A stretch of DNA of 64,000 nucleotides, from the IMG/VR virus record IMGVR_UViG_3300027971_000047, positions 6,639-70,638 of that record; one strand, given 5' to 3'. Made by a program: the position numbers and the translations under genes. Shown piece after piece: positions 39,022-49,660 of the stretch (within the stretch, counting starts at the first letter, position 1; the number at the start of each line of letters is the position of its first letter). Under the pieces are notes generated by a model that was not told where the DNA came from, searched no databases, and saw only the letters and a program-made list of their open reading frames with translations. This stretch comes from a virus.

Positions 39022-39672
39022 TTGCCTGAGTTAAACGCCAATATCCCTCCCATAGAGTGTTATGTGAGAGGGAACTTTCTACGCAATCAACAGGACAGCC
39101 ATGACCAGTATTTTCCATGCGTTATTTTTGGGGTAGCAACAGTTCAGAACAGAAGCCCTTTGTTTCATTTTCTGATGGAGGATGGCGGGATTTGGTGGCG
39201 GATGCCGATTAACGCTTTTTGCACCAAGCCCAATGTTCCCGAAGAGGACTTACACAACTTGGTTCTTTGGAATTCTTTCAGTCCCTATGTCTCGGTCACA
39301 AAGTTTGCCAACTTAGCCAATATGAAAATGTCTTATAGGGATAGGAAAAAAGAAAAAGTATTAGGTAAGTATTTATTCACCCTAGATTGGCATAACCCTG
39401 AATCCAACATTTTAGACCAAGGGTATTCTGAAAATCCTGGGCAACATAAATGCGGTCATGTAATTGAACGCGATGATGGGAACTTTGCTATTCAACCAAA
39501 CAATCGGGTATTGCTTTACGAGCCATCTTTTACTACTAAAGATAAAATTGTTATTGATAGGTTAATCAATACTCATATTTGGGATGTTGAAGATGCTAGT
39601 AAATGGGTAGCCGAAGATTCTAACCGTTACAATTATGACATTAAAACTACTGATTCGAAAAAGGAAAAGTAA
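39022..39672 (+). CDS. Conserved phage hypothetical protein
   Basis: LNANIP...GKYLFTLDW...HKCGH...GNFAIQPNNR. Confidence 0.7.
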   Translation: MPELNANIPPIECYVRGNFLRNQQDSHDQYFPCVIFGVATVQNRSPLFHFLMEDGGIWWRMPINAFCTKPNVPEEDLHNLVLWNSFSPYVSVTKFANLANMKMSYRDRKKEKVLGKYLFTLDWHNPESNILDQGYSENPGQHKCGHVIERDDGNFAIQPNNRVLLYEPSFTTKDKIVIDRLINTHIWDVEDASKWVAEDSNRYNYDIKTTDSKKEK

Positions 39673-40067
39673 TGTACGAGTATCGAGTTAAACAAGTTCT
39701 AAAAATTGTAGACGGTGACACGATTGATGTGGTCATCGATTTAGGCTTTGACATTTCTTTTACCTCTCGAGTTCGCCTTGCTGGGATTGATACCCCTGAG
39801 TCTCGGACGACAGACGCTAGAGAAAAAATCCTAGGGGTAGAAGTCAAAGAGTATTTGAAGAAGGCTTTAGAAGGAGCCACCGATATTGTCATCCGTACCG
39901 AGAAGGTAGACAGTTCAGAGAAGTACGGCAGAATCCTTGGATGGCTATTTGTTAATAAACAAACAGGCTCCCTTAATATGGAATTAGTAAACAAGGGATA
40001 TGCTTGGTCTTATGATGGCGGAACTAAGAAGAAAGATTTTGAAGAGTTATTAAAGAGGAGGGGCTAA
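39672..40067 (+). CDS. Thermonuclease (SNase-like)
   Basis: VDGDTID, RLAGIDTPE, KYGRIL, LV.KGYA. Confidence 0.88.
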   Translation: MYEYRVKQVLKIVDGDTIDVVIDLGFDISFTSRVRLAGIDTPESRTTDAREKILGVEVKEYLKKALEGATDIVIRTEKVDSSEKYGRILGWLFVNKQTGSLNMELVNKGYAWSYDGGTKKKDFEELLKRRG

Positions 40068-40656
40068 TGCCAGCCTCATATAAAAGATGCGATTCATTTA
40101 ATCCAATACAAATTAAAGATGGCTGGATAGTTCGAATGGGCAAAGACGGAAACATCAGACAGCGCATAGAAAAATATCCACCTGAGTCAAAGCGAAAGAA
40201 ATGACCGCGATGGTTCGGACACCTATTGAGGTGTTTGAGATTTGTGATAGATGCGGAGCCAAGGCAAAAGTTGGAGCCTCGTTTCTAAACGGTGAATTAT
40301 ATTTTTGCGGACATCATGCAAAAACTTTACAACCACACTTAATATCAAAGGCGATAACTATTTATGACCCTGAGCGATACATCGAAAAACAGGAACCACT
40401 CGGCTGATTGCTACCGAGTAATTCCTGTTCCGAATCCAACATACTTCGAGTCCCGAGTAATCTGCATTTGTGGATTACAGGGCTTCGATAATCGTAGTAA
40501 TTACCGCACTAAGGATAACCAAGGCAAAACTTCCGATTAAAGTAATACCCCATAGGTATCGCAGTTCAGGAAACTTTGCTGGTTCCTTTTTTTGTTTGAC
40601 AACCTGTGGCTTTACCAAGTTGTCAAACTTTTCGTTCACTTCTTGCTCGTTCATAT

Positions 40657-41034
40657 TTACCTCTCCGTATGTGATAATTTATCGGCTAAGTCAAATACGA
40701 ACTTAGGTATAACATTTGTCTCTTTAGTTACCAACACACCATTTTTATAGGTGTCGTCAAGATGACGGTCTGAGTTGTATTTGGCTTCGTAGTCGTTGAT
40801 GAACCAATCCCAAGTTGTGTCTTTATCTTGCCCACCGCCCGATGATTTGATAATTTTGCCATCAAAGTAAAAACTATCAGAGACATCATCAGCAAACTCT
40901 AAGGCTAATCTTTGCCTTATATCTGCTGGCGCTTCTTTAATTAGTTCTACCCGATTATCCGAAAGATTCTTCACAATGAATAAGTCTTTCGCATCTCCTA
41001 CTTGTCCATCTTTAGTTATGTATATTGATTTCAA
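40657..41034 (-). CDS. Hypothetical protein
   Basis: ORF with GAGGAGAGG RBS and upstream AAC-N4-GTT box. Confidence 0.6.
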   Translation of the reverse strand: MKSIYITKDGQVGDAKDLFIVKNLSDNRVELIKEAPADIRQRLALEFADDVSDSFYFDGKIIKSSGGGQDKDTTWDWFINDYEAKYNSDRHLDDTYKNGVLVTKETNVIPKFVFDLADKLSHTER

Positions 41035-41104
41035 TTAGTACCTCTCCTCTAGTCGCATCCGTCCAGCAGTATCTCTGCCTTCTTATACAACTGGGGTTAG
41101 GATA

Positions 41105-41668
41105 CTACTTCTTAGGTCGAGTTGCAACCTTCTGACGCTTTTGTTGCGTGTGGTAAATAAATGGTGGAGATGTAAAGGCATCGTTATCTGAGGCAATCTT
41201 TAGAGCCTCTTTGAGAGTTGCTCCAGCGCTGAGTGCGCCTATTGCAAAATCTGAACCTGAACCTACTCCGTAGTAACCTTTTCCATCTAGGCAAACAGAA
41301 AAGTCATCTGCAATCTCAAATATCTCTCCGCCAATAATCATCAGAAAAGCGAATTTAGTTTCATCATCTTCTACATCCCATTTGTATTCGTTCTCTTTGA
41401 AGCAAGCCTTAAGAGATGGAACAACCTTTGCAATCATAAAATGATAAAGATTATTCCAGTCTTTTGCGGCTGGTACTGGAGGAACCCAAATATGTTGAGC
41501 AATATCGCAAGGCGCACATTCACCTGAACCAGCAACAATAAAATCACCACGCTGAGTCACTTTAACCATTTGTGCGTGAGAGGCTTTGCGCCCTGTTGCA
41601 CCAGTTGTTTGTGAGTCTGCTCCGATTACTGCCTTGTCATCATATTGAACAGCAATGATTGTTGTCAT
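41105..41668 (-). CDS. Ntn-hydrolase, proteasome beta/HslV-like peptidase
   Basis: N-terminal MTTIIAV, GADSQ, GSG..FA.GAL. Confidence 0.8.
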   Translation of the reverse strand: MTTIIAVQYDDKAVIGADSQTTGATGRKASHAQMVKVTQRGDFIVAGSGECAPCDIAQHIWVPPVPAAKDWNNLYHFMIAKVVPSLKACFKENEYKWDVEDDETKFAFLMIIGGEIFEIADDFSVCLDGKGYYGVGSGSDFAIGALSAGATLKEALKIASDNDAFTSPPFIYHTQQKRQKVATRPKK

Positions 41669-42045
41669 ACCGTGTGGGTTTCTAAGATGTTAAAACCGTT
41701 GCGTCTTTCCATAACCATGTACCAGTAATTTTTAAGCCCCATAAAATCATCAAGGCTTTTGATTACTGTTTGTACTGGCAGAGTTGAACAGGTGTATAAA
41801 TCAAATTGCAATAGAGCGGGTTGTTGTTCATCCCAAACATGAAGAGCAATATGCGAGGTCTCAATCATTACCGTAGCGGTAAGTCCACGATTGCCTTCTT
41901 TAGATACATAAGAAGAGAAGGGTCCCTGAAGGATTTTCATATCAATATCTAAAACAAGTTTCTTCATCCACTCAATAGTTTGTTCTTCACTTTGAGGTGG
42001 ATTGTTTACATATCCGTTCAGCAAAATATGATTGTGAAGTGCCAT
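41665..42045 (-). CDS. speD: S-adenosylmethionine decarboxylase proenzyme-like
   Basis: IETSHIALHVW, FDLYTC. Confidence 0.75.
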   Translation of the reverse strand: MALHNHILLNGYVNNPPQSEEQTIEWMKKLVLDIDMKILQGPFSSYVSKEGNRGLTATVMIETSHIALHVWDEQQPALLQFDLYTCSTLPVQTVIKSLDDFMGLKNYWYMVMERRNGFNILETHTV

Positions 42046-42094
42046 CGGTTTTAGCCCCAATTTTTGAGTAGACTTAAGGCTCCAAGCGTAATGC

Positions 42095-43018
42095 CTAGGG
42101 TTTTACAACCTCGGTTTGAACCGCCATAAGTCCAAGCGCAACTGTCGCCCATAGGTCAGGGGTTTCCGTGTCAGGCTGGTAGCCACCTGCTCCACCTAGC
42201 AGAATTGGATGGTCAAAGTATTGCTCTCTAATCATTCGCATGGATTCAAAATAACCCTCTTTGGTGAACTCAAGGGATGAGAGTGGGTCATTCTTTAGAG
42301 CATCGGCACCACACGCAACGAAAATCATCGTAGGTTGAAATTCATCGCAAGCCTTTAGAAATCCCTCAGTAGCAGATAGCAAGGCGTCATTGCCCGACTT
42401 GGATGCAAGCGGGAAGTTATAGGCGCGATGTTTCCAATCGCTCATCAAACCCGTGCCTGGAAAAATTCCATACTCATGAACTGAATAAGTCATAACATTC
42501 TTATTCTTCTTCAACAGCATTTCAGTACCGTCACCATGGTGAGCATCGCAATCAAAGATGGCTACGCGCTGGTCATACTCTTCAGTCGCCTTCGTAGCGG
42601 CAATAGCAAAGTCATTGAAGATACAGAATCCGCTTGAGTAGTCACGCATCGCATGATGCTTTGCACCAGCAAAGTGAACAGCCAATCTAGTTTTGTAATC
42701 AATCAAAGAATCTAGGGCAGTCAAAGTTCCACCAGCGAATAACTTGGCTAACTCGCCTAAGTCGTGGCGTTGTCCATTCCACTCTGATGATTCTCCTCGA
42801 ACAGTTACATCAAAAACATAATCCATATTGTGAACAGAATGAAGGTCATCGGTGTGTGGCATCTGCGGTTCAATCTCATATACATTGAGATGGCGTTCTT
42901 GCGCTCGCAACATCAATTGATTTCGGGCATGGAGGAACCTACGCCCTTGAGTTGGATGCGTCGGGTCAAAGACCCAATTCGCATACTCAGGCGAATGAAC
43001 AAGAATTGCATGTTCCAT
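42095..43018 (-). CDS. Histone deacetylase family protein (AcuC/acetylpolyamine amidohydrolase-like)
   Basis: G.KHHA, GFCIFND, DAHHGDGT, SVH, GADAL..DPL, GGY. Confidence 0.88.
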   Translation of the reverse strand: MEHAILVHSPEYANWVFDPTHPTQGRRFLHARNQLMLRAQERHLNVYEIEPQMPHTDDLHSVHNMDYVFDVTVRGESSEWNGQRHDLGELAKLFAGGTLTALDSLIDYKTRLAVHFAGAKHHAMRDYSSGFCIFNDFAIAATKATEEYDQRVAIFDCDAHHGDGTEMLLKKNKNVMTYSVHEYGIFPGTGLMSDWKHRAYNFPLASKSGNDALLSATEGFLKACDEFQPTMIFVACGADALKNDPLSSLEFTKEGYFESMRMIREQYFDHPILLGGAGGYQPDTETPDLWATVALGLMAVQTEVVKP

Positions 43019-43293
43019 TTTTTCCTCCCTCTTTATATTAAACCCCAGTATAAACTACTTTTGCTGATAAGGACAATTTGCTATTAGTTGAGCAAGGAGA
43101 GCGTTGCGACTCTCTCTCATTCCCATCAATGCTTTTGAGCCATCGGCAGACCATTCTTTGTAGAGGTTTTCAAAGTCCTCGGTGTTTGGTGCTGGATGAT
43201 AAACAAGACACTTGCAGGGAGATTGACTCATTCTCTTTGCGCTATCTTTTTGTTTTTCTAATTGTGATTGAGAATAGTTCCAATTACTCATTT

Positions 43294-43608
43294 TTACAAC
43301 CTCTCGCTCTTGAAGAAATATCCATCGTCATGCAATTTGTAGCCCAAAGAGTTCACGACATGGAAGCACATATCCATTCCTCCGCCACTAACTCTTAGAG
43401 CATTTGTCTTTGAGTCCTGCTTGTAATCGAGAATGTCTCGAATCGCTGGAGTTATCCATATCGGCTTGTTATTGGCGATAACATAGAAGTCAATAGTTCT
43501 TGATAGCCCACTAGCAGACACGGTACGAATTATCGAATAAATCTCTGTGTTCCTAGGCAGTTCCTCGAGAACCTTTTGACCATAAGTTTTTTCTTTTATT
43601 TTACTCAT
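43294..43608 (-). CDS. Hypothetical phage protein
   Basis: R.VS.SG.SR.I...V.GGGMDMCFH.V. Confidence 0.65.
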   Translation of the reverse strand: MSKIKEKTYGQKVLEELPRNTEIYSIIRTVSASGLSRTIDFYVIANNKPIWITPAIRDILDYKQDSKTNALRVSGGGMDMCFHVVNSLGYKLHDDGYFFKSERL

Positions 43609-43611
43609 AGT

Positions 43612-43878
43612 TTATTCCTCCTCATATTTGATGAATGAATCTAGGTGTAAACCTTCGATAATTCCACCAACAGTTTTGACCTTGCCATTAGGCAAAGTAA
43701 TCTCAGTTGTAAAGTCACCTTCGTTTGCCAGTTCAATAGCCTTCTTAGCGGGTACTAAAAAATCGATATGAATTGGCGGATAGTGATTACCTCGTAGATG
43801 CCATGTCAGCGCTTGGTCGAGTTGTATTGCACCCTCCTCGACTAAGTTAGAAAACTCTGATGCTTGAAGTGACCCCAT
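43612..43878 (-). CDS. Hypothetical phage protein
   Basis: HLRGNHYPP; coupled operon. Confidence 0.6.
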   Translation of the reverse strand: MGSLQASEFSNLVEEGAIQLDQALTWHLRGNHYPPIHIDFLVPAKKAIELANEGDFTTEITLPNGKVKTVGGIIEGLHLDSFIKYEEE

Positions 43879-44210
43879 TATGCAACCGCCTTTCCGAATT
43901 CAACATTTCTAAAGCAAGATGCTTGGTAAACAACCTCGCCGATTTCTTCGCAGTAGATACCATCGACGGTACCTTTGTCAGTCACAACGCCTTTTCTTAC
44001 AAACTGGCGACTAACAATGTAAGTGTCATTCCAATCTAACTTGATTGAAACTCTGTAACCATAACCAACTGGCAATTCAACTTCAACAGTTTCGCCTTGG
44101 TTATTTTTGGTGATATTGACTCGACCACCTGAAACCGCAAAGATGTTCATGCGACCAATTTGGTCAATCAATTCATCCTCGTTAAATGGACGACCTTCTT
44201 GCTTTGTCAT
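43878..44210 (-). CDS. Hypothetical phage protein
   Basis: QIG.MN.FAVSGG; RBS present. Confidence 0.6.
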   Translation of the reverse strand: MTKQEGRPFNEDELIDQIGRMNIFAVSGGRVNITKNNQGETVEVELPVGYGYRVSIKLDWNDTYIVSRQFVRKGVVTDKGTVDGIYCEEIGEVVYQASCFRNVEFGKAVA

Positions 44211-44590
44211 TTTTTCCTCTCCCTTACTTAGTTGTAAATCGTTCGCCAGTTACTACATTGACAAGTTTGACCCCACTACCAAAAGCGGCAGTTCTTTCAA
44301 AATCTTCCTCAGCCTCTAACATTTTTAGAAACTCAGGATTTTGCATTAACTTTTTTTGGTAAGCCAATCTTTCTTGCTTTTCCTTTTCTTGCTTATCCAT
44401 TTTGCCCCCTCTCGGACAATCTGAGTATATCATAACTAGGGTTAGTTATTCTTCACTATGAAGGGAAAGTGCTGTCGCGCCGAGTTGGTTTGCATATATG
44501 TCAATCCACTCTTGGTCACCATCTTTGATGGCTTTCTCAATCCAAACTACTTGGCGTCTAATATCTTTAAGGATGGCTCTTTGAGCCTTC

Positions 44591-44935
44591 TTAGTTACTT
44601 TGAGCATTGACAATTTCCTCCGTTTTCTTGAACTTAACTTGGGAAACTTTAAGCCCGTTAGCCTTGGCATATTCCTTCTTGAATTTCTTTAAGGCTTCTC
44701 CAGCCAAAAACTCAGCGGCGTTTATGTAGCATTGACCCTGCTCTACATCATCGCCCCACTCATAACTTAATAACCAGTCAATAGCCTGAGCCAAATCGCT
44801 CCAGTCGGCTTTCTTTGGCTTTGCCCATTCGTTACCACCAGCGGCGCCAAAACCACCGTTATCAACACCGTCCATTGCGGCGCAAATGGCTTCTAACTGT
44901 TTTAAGTTAGCGCCTTTAATCATGTTTTTAGACAT
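44591..44935 (-). CDS. Hypothetical protein
   Basis: ORF in coupled minus-strand operon. Confidence 0.55.
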   Translation of the reverse strand: MSKNMIKGANLKQLEAICAAMDGVDNGGFGAAGGNEWAKPKKADWSDLAQAIDWLLSYEWGDDVEQGQCYINAAEFLAGEALKKFKKEYAKANGLKVSQVKFKKTEEIVNAQSN

Positions 44936-45434
44936 TACTTTTCCACCCCTCTATTTGGTTTATCCATTGAACTGCTCCTTTTAATGTGTTGTCCCAAGTA
45001 GTGTGTTCAGGATAAAATTGGCTACTTCTTACCAACCACGCACCGTCTATTTTTTCAATAGACCATTTTCCGTACTTGTATGAGCCAGCGCCCCATTTTT
45101 GTAATTTCATTACTTCAACCTCGCTATCTTCAACGCACTTTGGAATTCCTTTTCAAACTCCTCGGCATAGCATTTCAAGCAGACGCCACTTTGAAAGACT
45201 TCCATCTTCCCGACGGCAACTCCGCACTTCACGCACTTCATATCTGTCCTCCTCTCGGACTCCACCAGTATACCAAACTGGGGTTAATAATGCCAATCAA
45301 GAAAGGCAGTTTTAGGCACCTAATCGGCTGAACCCGTGGCGTGTCGGGTCAAAGTTGAGCCTAGCCGACTCAAGTTTGGTTTATTACTAAACCCCCATTT
45401 GATATAATGGGTCTTAACTACGAAAGGAGTAGGT

Positions 45435-46004
45435 ATGAAAAAGAGAGACCAAGCAGGAAAGGTCTATAAGGCTGAGGGTCTTGCCATGGGTGTCTATGCT
45501 GGTGGAAACCGCAAAGAGGAAATGACTCTGCAAGAAGCCCAAAAGTTTGTGGATGCCGTAATGAAAAGAAGTTATGTTCGAAGAAACTATTTCTTCAAAT
45601 ACCCAATCAAGGTTTTAGATGGTCGGGGTCGTCGCTCGGCTTGTGCCACTTTCCGAGATGGAGAGTTTGCAATCTGTTTGCCAAAACGGATGAGAAATAA
45701 ATATGTGATTTTGCATGAGATTGCCCATCACATAAACAGGGGTCATGGACACCATGCGTGGTTCACCTCATGCCTTCTTGATTTAGTCAGGAATGTTTTA
45801 GGTAAAGAACAAGCCGATGCGCTCCAAGGTGCATTTCACTTTACTGGCGTCAAGGTCAGAGGTAAGAATGGCGATGTCAAAGCCCGACTACCAAAGTCTC
45901 GAGTTCAATGGTTGCAGGAAACCAAAGAGCGTTTCAAAAAAATTGAGACAGGTAAGGTAAAGGTCTATGAAGGTTTTGATGAATTAGTTGAGAGAAGTGC
46001 GTAG
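45435..46004 (+). CDS. Zincin-like metallopeptidase (HExxH)
   Basis: VILHEIAHH...H...F; TATAAT promoter and AAGGAG RBS. Confidence 0.7.
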   Translation: MKKRDQAGKVYKAEGLAMGVYAGGNRKEEMTLQEAQKFVDAVMKRSYVRRNYFFKYPIKVLDGRGRRSACATFRDGEFAICLPKRMRNKYVILHEIAHHINRGHGHHAWFTSCLLDLVRNVLGKEQADALQGAFHFTGVKVRGKNGDVKARLPKSRVQWLQETKERFKKIETGKVKVYEGFDELVERSA

Positions 46005-46018
46005 GCTAGACTTGGGGC

Positions 46019-46315
46019 ATGAAAAAACTCCAAGACATTTTAAGTCGCATGGTTGCGGTCTTTACTGTCGGCGCTCTCGGCACTCTAGGTGCTGGAGCAA
46101 TCATGGGAGTTGAAACTTGGATTGCCTTATCGATGGCTGGATTGTTAGCAGTTGCATCCGTGGCAGAAAGATTAGCCCGTGAATATCTTGATGACGGAAA
46201 ACTAACAATCGAAGAAATTAACGATGCCTTTAATCCGTTAAGCAAAAATCAAGATTATCTATCTAGTCCTTTGGACGACGAAGAGGATAAGTCAAAACCC
46301 AAACGCCAAAAGTAA
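46019..46315 (+). CDS. Small membrane protein
   Basis: Two hydrophobic segments, DDGKLT.EEI; leaderless TAGACT-6nt-ATG. Confidence 0.6.
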   Translation: MKKLQDILSRMVAVFTVGALGTLGAGAIMGVETWIALSMAGLLAVASVAERLAREYLDDGKLTIEEINDAFNPLSKNQDYLSSPLDDEEDKSKPKRQK

Positions 46316-46426
46316 TTAAGATTGAATAACCCACGATATTTTTAGCAACACCATCAACAAGAATCCAAGCAACAAACATTCCAAGCATTGTCCATATTTG
46401 ACCAATAAGGTCATTTAAGAAGTCTT

Positions 46427-48064
46427 TCATTTTTGTCTCCTATATCCAACACTACCGATTGCGGTAGCCATTGTAGTCGTAGCGATATTGCCAACGATTG
46501 TCGCGGCAATAATTGTTTCACTTGCTTCTTTGCGTTCTTCAGGAGACATGTCTGCTCCAAGGTTTCCGATAGCAAAAAGTAATTGTGCGGGGCTTTCAAA
46601 AATTGCTGAAACAATATCTCCAGCCGAGGTAAGTAATTCTAAAGCAACGGCAACTTCGGCTGTAATAACAACTTCATTGCCATTCTCATCTTGTCGAACT
46701 TCAACAGGTTGAGCAGGAGGTAAATCTTGTAAGGTGATTCCAGCCTCGGCTATTGCCTCAACAGTTACCGCTTGACCTTCAGCGGATTCAATAAGTGCCT
46801 CGGCAACAAGTTCTCTTTCTGCTTCAGTAAATTGCCCATCTTTAGAAAGAGTCTCGGAAAGATTGTTTACTTCAGTTTGAGTAATCTCACCATCGGCTGA
46901 AAGAGCATCAAGGATTAAATCTTCTTCGGCTCCAGTTAAAGCACTACCTTCTAAAAGAGTTTCAATTAAGGTAGTCATTTCTGCCTCGGTAACTACACCA
47001 TCCAACATCAATGAATCAACTACCGCTTCAGCATCAGCGGGTGTAATCTGTCCATCAGTTAAAACATCGTCAATAATCTCGGAGGTAGTTTGTGATTCAA
47101 AAGGTTCTTCTATCGTTGGTAATTCTTCTTGCGGTATGGGTTGCTCTTCAACTAGGTCAGGTATAACTTCTAATGGTGGTTGTTCAGGTGTGGGATTTAT
47201 CAGGTCAGTTTCCGTTAGGATTTCATCGGGTCGAGTTACAGGTTCTTCAACGGGCGGAACAATTGGCAAAGGCTCAGGGTCGGAGTAGGGTGGCACTTCA
47301 AGATTTGGATTTGGCACAGGTTGAGGATTCGGGTTTGGATTGGGAGTCTCTCCAGTTGGAGTCGGCTCGGTGGAAGGGGTAGCAGATGGCGAAGGTGTGG
47401 GTTCAGTTGTGGACGGCGAAGGTTGCGGGGTCGGTTCAGGTTGAGCAGTCGGAATTGGCGAAGGTTGAGGGCTTGGAGAACTTGAGGGCGTTGGTTCCGA
47501 TGTTGGTTGAGGTGTCGGAGAAGGAGTGGCAGGTTGTTCCGTCGGTGTTGGTGAAGGACTCTCCGTTGGTTGAGGCTGAGGCGTTAGTTGATTACTTGGA
47601 GCCGTGGAAGGACTAGGTGTTGGTTCAACAACAATTAAATTGCTATTAACTGTATAAGTTCCAACAGGTCTTTGTTGAGCAACAACATAATCGTATGATG
47701 TAGCACGGATTATGTAAGTACCCGCTGGGATAGTTCCAGTAATTCGAGAGGCAAAATAATTAGTTTGGGCATTGTGGTTCCCGTCATCGTCGGCTCTTAA
47801 TACTAAATCGTTTTGGCGAAGTTCAATCCAAGAATCAACCCAAGCCAATCTTTCAACAGTTTGATTATTTACTACCTCAAATCGGGCGCCTGTTTGAGTC
47901 GTAATTGAATAAACGGTGCTGGTATCTACCGAGACAGGAATATCGACAAATGCAGTTTGAGCATCAAGATTGACCGTAACCTCATCGGCGGAGGCAGAAT
48001 CTACGGGTAGAAGAGTCCACCAAAATACTAGGAGGCAGACGGCGAGAATACGAAACAAGCGCAA
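46427..48064 (-). CDS. Secreted/surface protein with Pro/Thr-rich stalk and acidic repeats
   Basis: Signal peptide ending ASA-D, PTPSP repeats, DG.IT..E repeats, hydrophobic C-terminus then RRQK. Confidence 0.75.
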   Translation of the reverse strand: MRLFRILAVCLLVFWWTLLPVDSASADEVTVNLDAQTAFVDIPVSVDTSTVYSITTQTGARFEVVNNQTVERLAWVDSWIELRQNDLVLRADDDGNHNAQTNYFASRITGTIPAGTYIIRATSYDYVVAQQRPVGTYTVNSNLIVVEPTPSPSTAPSNQLTPQPQPTESPSPTPTEQPATPSPTPQPTSEPTPSSSPSPQPSPIPTAQPEPTPQPSPSTTEPTPSPSATPSTEPTPTGETPNPNPNPQPVPNPNLEVPPYSDPEPLPIVPPVEEPVTRPDEILTETDLINPTPEQPPLEVIPDLVEEQPIPQEELPTIEEPFESQTTSEIIDDVLTDGQITPADAEAVVDSLMLDGVVTEAEMTTLIETLLEGSALTGAEEDLILDALSADGEITQTEVNNLSETLSKDGQFTEAERELVAEALIESAEGQAVTVEAIAEAGITLQDLPPAQPVEVRQDENGNEVVITAEVAVALELLTSAGDIVSAIFESPAQLLFAIGNLGADMSPEERKEASETIIAATIVGNIATTTMATAIGSVGYRRQK

Positions 48065-48167
48065 TTTTGACCCTTTGAACAGGGGTCACGCGGACACGGG
48101 GGAAGTCCTATTGTACCAATACCTAAATCCATGCTAAACTGGGGTTGTAAATACGAGAGGAGTTCCA

Positions 48168-49010
48168 ATGAGTGTGACAAAAGAGTTCGCGGTCAAGATT
48201 GATACCGAGTTATCTTCTTGGGACGACAAATGGTGGTTAGTCAATAGCAAAATTTTAGATGCTGAAGATTCTATTGAGTTTTATGCAAAGAATTACCCAA
48301 GCCGTGTTGCAGAAATCCAAAAGAGGATTGCAGAGTTAAAAGAGCAAAAGGCAAAGATTCAAGCAGAGATAAATAAATTAGATGCAATCTATAAGCAAGA
48401 CCCATGGACAAGAGCGTTCTTGGTAATCAACAGCAATGGACATGTTCACAGTTCCATGGATTGCAATACTTGTTTTGATACAACCCGTTACAACTGGTTA
48501 GTTCAGTACAGCAATGACGATGAGAACACAATCGTTGAAGATGCTGGTCAGGATGCTTGCACAATCTGTTACCCAAGCGCTCCAGCCGAGGTCTTAAATC
48601 GTCCTTCAAGAATTGTTACAGCCGACAAGATTGCTAAGGCTCAAGCCAAGGCAGAGAGAGATGCAAAGCGTGAGGCAAAGTTAGCCAAGGAAAGAGCAAA
48701 CGCTCCAACAAAGAGCGGTGAGTTCCTTTACTTCAAAGAGGGTAAGTACACACACTCAATTAACACAGAGCGTTCTGCGGTTTCAAAATGGTTTGAGTTG
48801 CAATGGAGAATCAAGGAAAAAGTTACAACTCACTACTACGACGGAACAGCACACAGCGCTGAATCAATCATTGAGCAAGAGCAAAAGATTGCTCGGAACA
48901 AAGAGATAGCAGACATAATCTGCCAAAATCTTGCAGAGAAGCACGGCGTTTCATTTGACCAGCAGTTGAAAATACTGGAAAATAAGTACAAGAAGAGGGG
49001 GAACCAATGA
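48168..49010 (+). CDS. Hypothetical protein with Cys/His metal-binding motif
   Basis: GHVHSSMDCNTC...ACTICYPSAP. Confidence 0.65.
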   Translation: MSVTKEFAVKIDTELSSWDDKWWLVNSKILDAEDSIEFYAKNYPSRVAEIQKRIAELKEQKAKIQAEINKLDAIYKQDPWTRAFLVINSNGHVHSSMDCNTCFDTTRYNWLVQYSNDDENTIVEDAGQDACTICYPSAPAEVLNRPSRIVTADKIAKAQAKAERDAKREAKLAKERANAPTKSGEFLYFKEGKYTHSINTERSAVSKWFELQWRIKEKVTTHYYDGTAHSAESIIEQEQKIARNKEIADIICQNLAEKHGVSFDQQLKILENKYKKRGNQ

Positions 49011-49660
49011 ATCAAGTAAATGATTTAGTAGCGAAGATGCTTGCTGAGTACAGCGAGCCACTTAACGCTGACCTAGTTCCATACCTAGAAACCAGCGACG
49101 CTGGTTGGGCAATGTTGCGCCATCCTCTTGTTTATCAGGTGCCATTCTTTTCTAACGGGAGTGCTAATGCTTATTACCAGCAGAAAAAAACAGCAGTTGA
49201 GCAAGCACTAGAGAAAAAGAACTACAAACAATTTGTTTGGTTATTCGAGCGTCCTTACCGCGTCGAGGCTTTCATCAAGATTGCTGACAAGTTAAGCGAT
49301 ACCGATTACTGGAAACTTCTTAGTGATATTTGGGTAGATACAGAAAACCAACACGCATACATCAAGGAGTGGAAGAAGTTGCTTGGCTCAAAGCGCTCTA
49401 ATCGCCATTACATGATGGGCGAAGAAGAGGACAACATTTTGCGCTCGCTTGCCGATGAGGTAAGTATCTATCGCGGATGCCAAAAAGGTTTGAACGAAGA
49501 TGGATTGTCTTGGACACTAGATAAATCCAAAGCAAAGTTTTTTGCCAATCGTTTTGGCAAGAAAGGAATCATCTTGGAGAGGAAGATTCCTAAGTCTGAC
49601 ATCGTGGCAGTTCTTTTAAGTCGCGGTGAATCCGAGGTTATATGGGAGGAGAAAAAATGA
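49007..49660 (+). CDS. ADP-ribosyltransferase-fold-like protein
   Basis: IYRG...GLSWT...A..FA...ESEVI (R-S-E pattern). Confidence 0.5.
   Translation: MNQVNDLVAKMLAEYSEPLNADLVPYLETSDAGWAMLRHPLVYQVPFFSNGSANAYYQQKKTAVEQALEKKNYKQFVWLFERPYRVEAFIKIADKLSDTDYWKLLSDIWVDTENQHAYIKEWKKLLGSKRSNRHYMMGEEEDNILRSLADEVSIYRGCQKGLNEDGLSWTLDKSKAKFFANRFGKKGIILERKIPKSDIVAVLLSRGESEVIWEEKK

Noticed and set aside
38934-39029. Short leaderless ORF MSLTPAVSALLKALCPTATQDVRATFA, possible gene remnant
   Set aside because: Only 27 codons and no verifiable homology without a search
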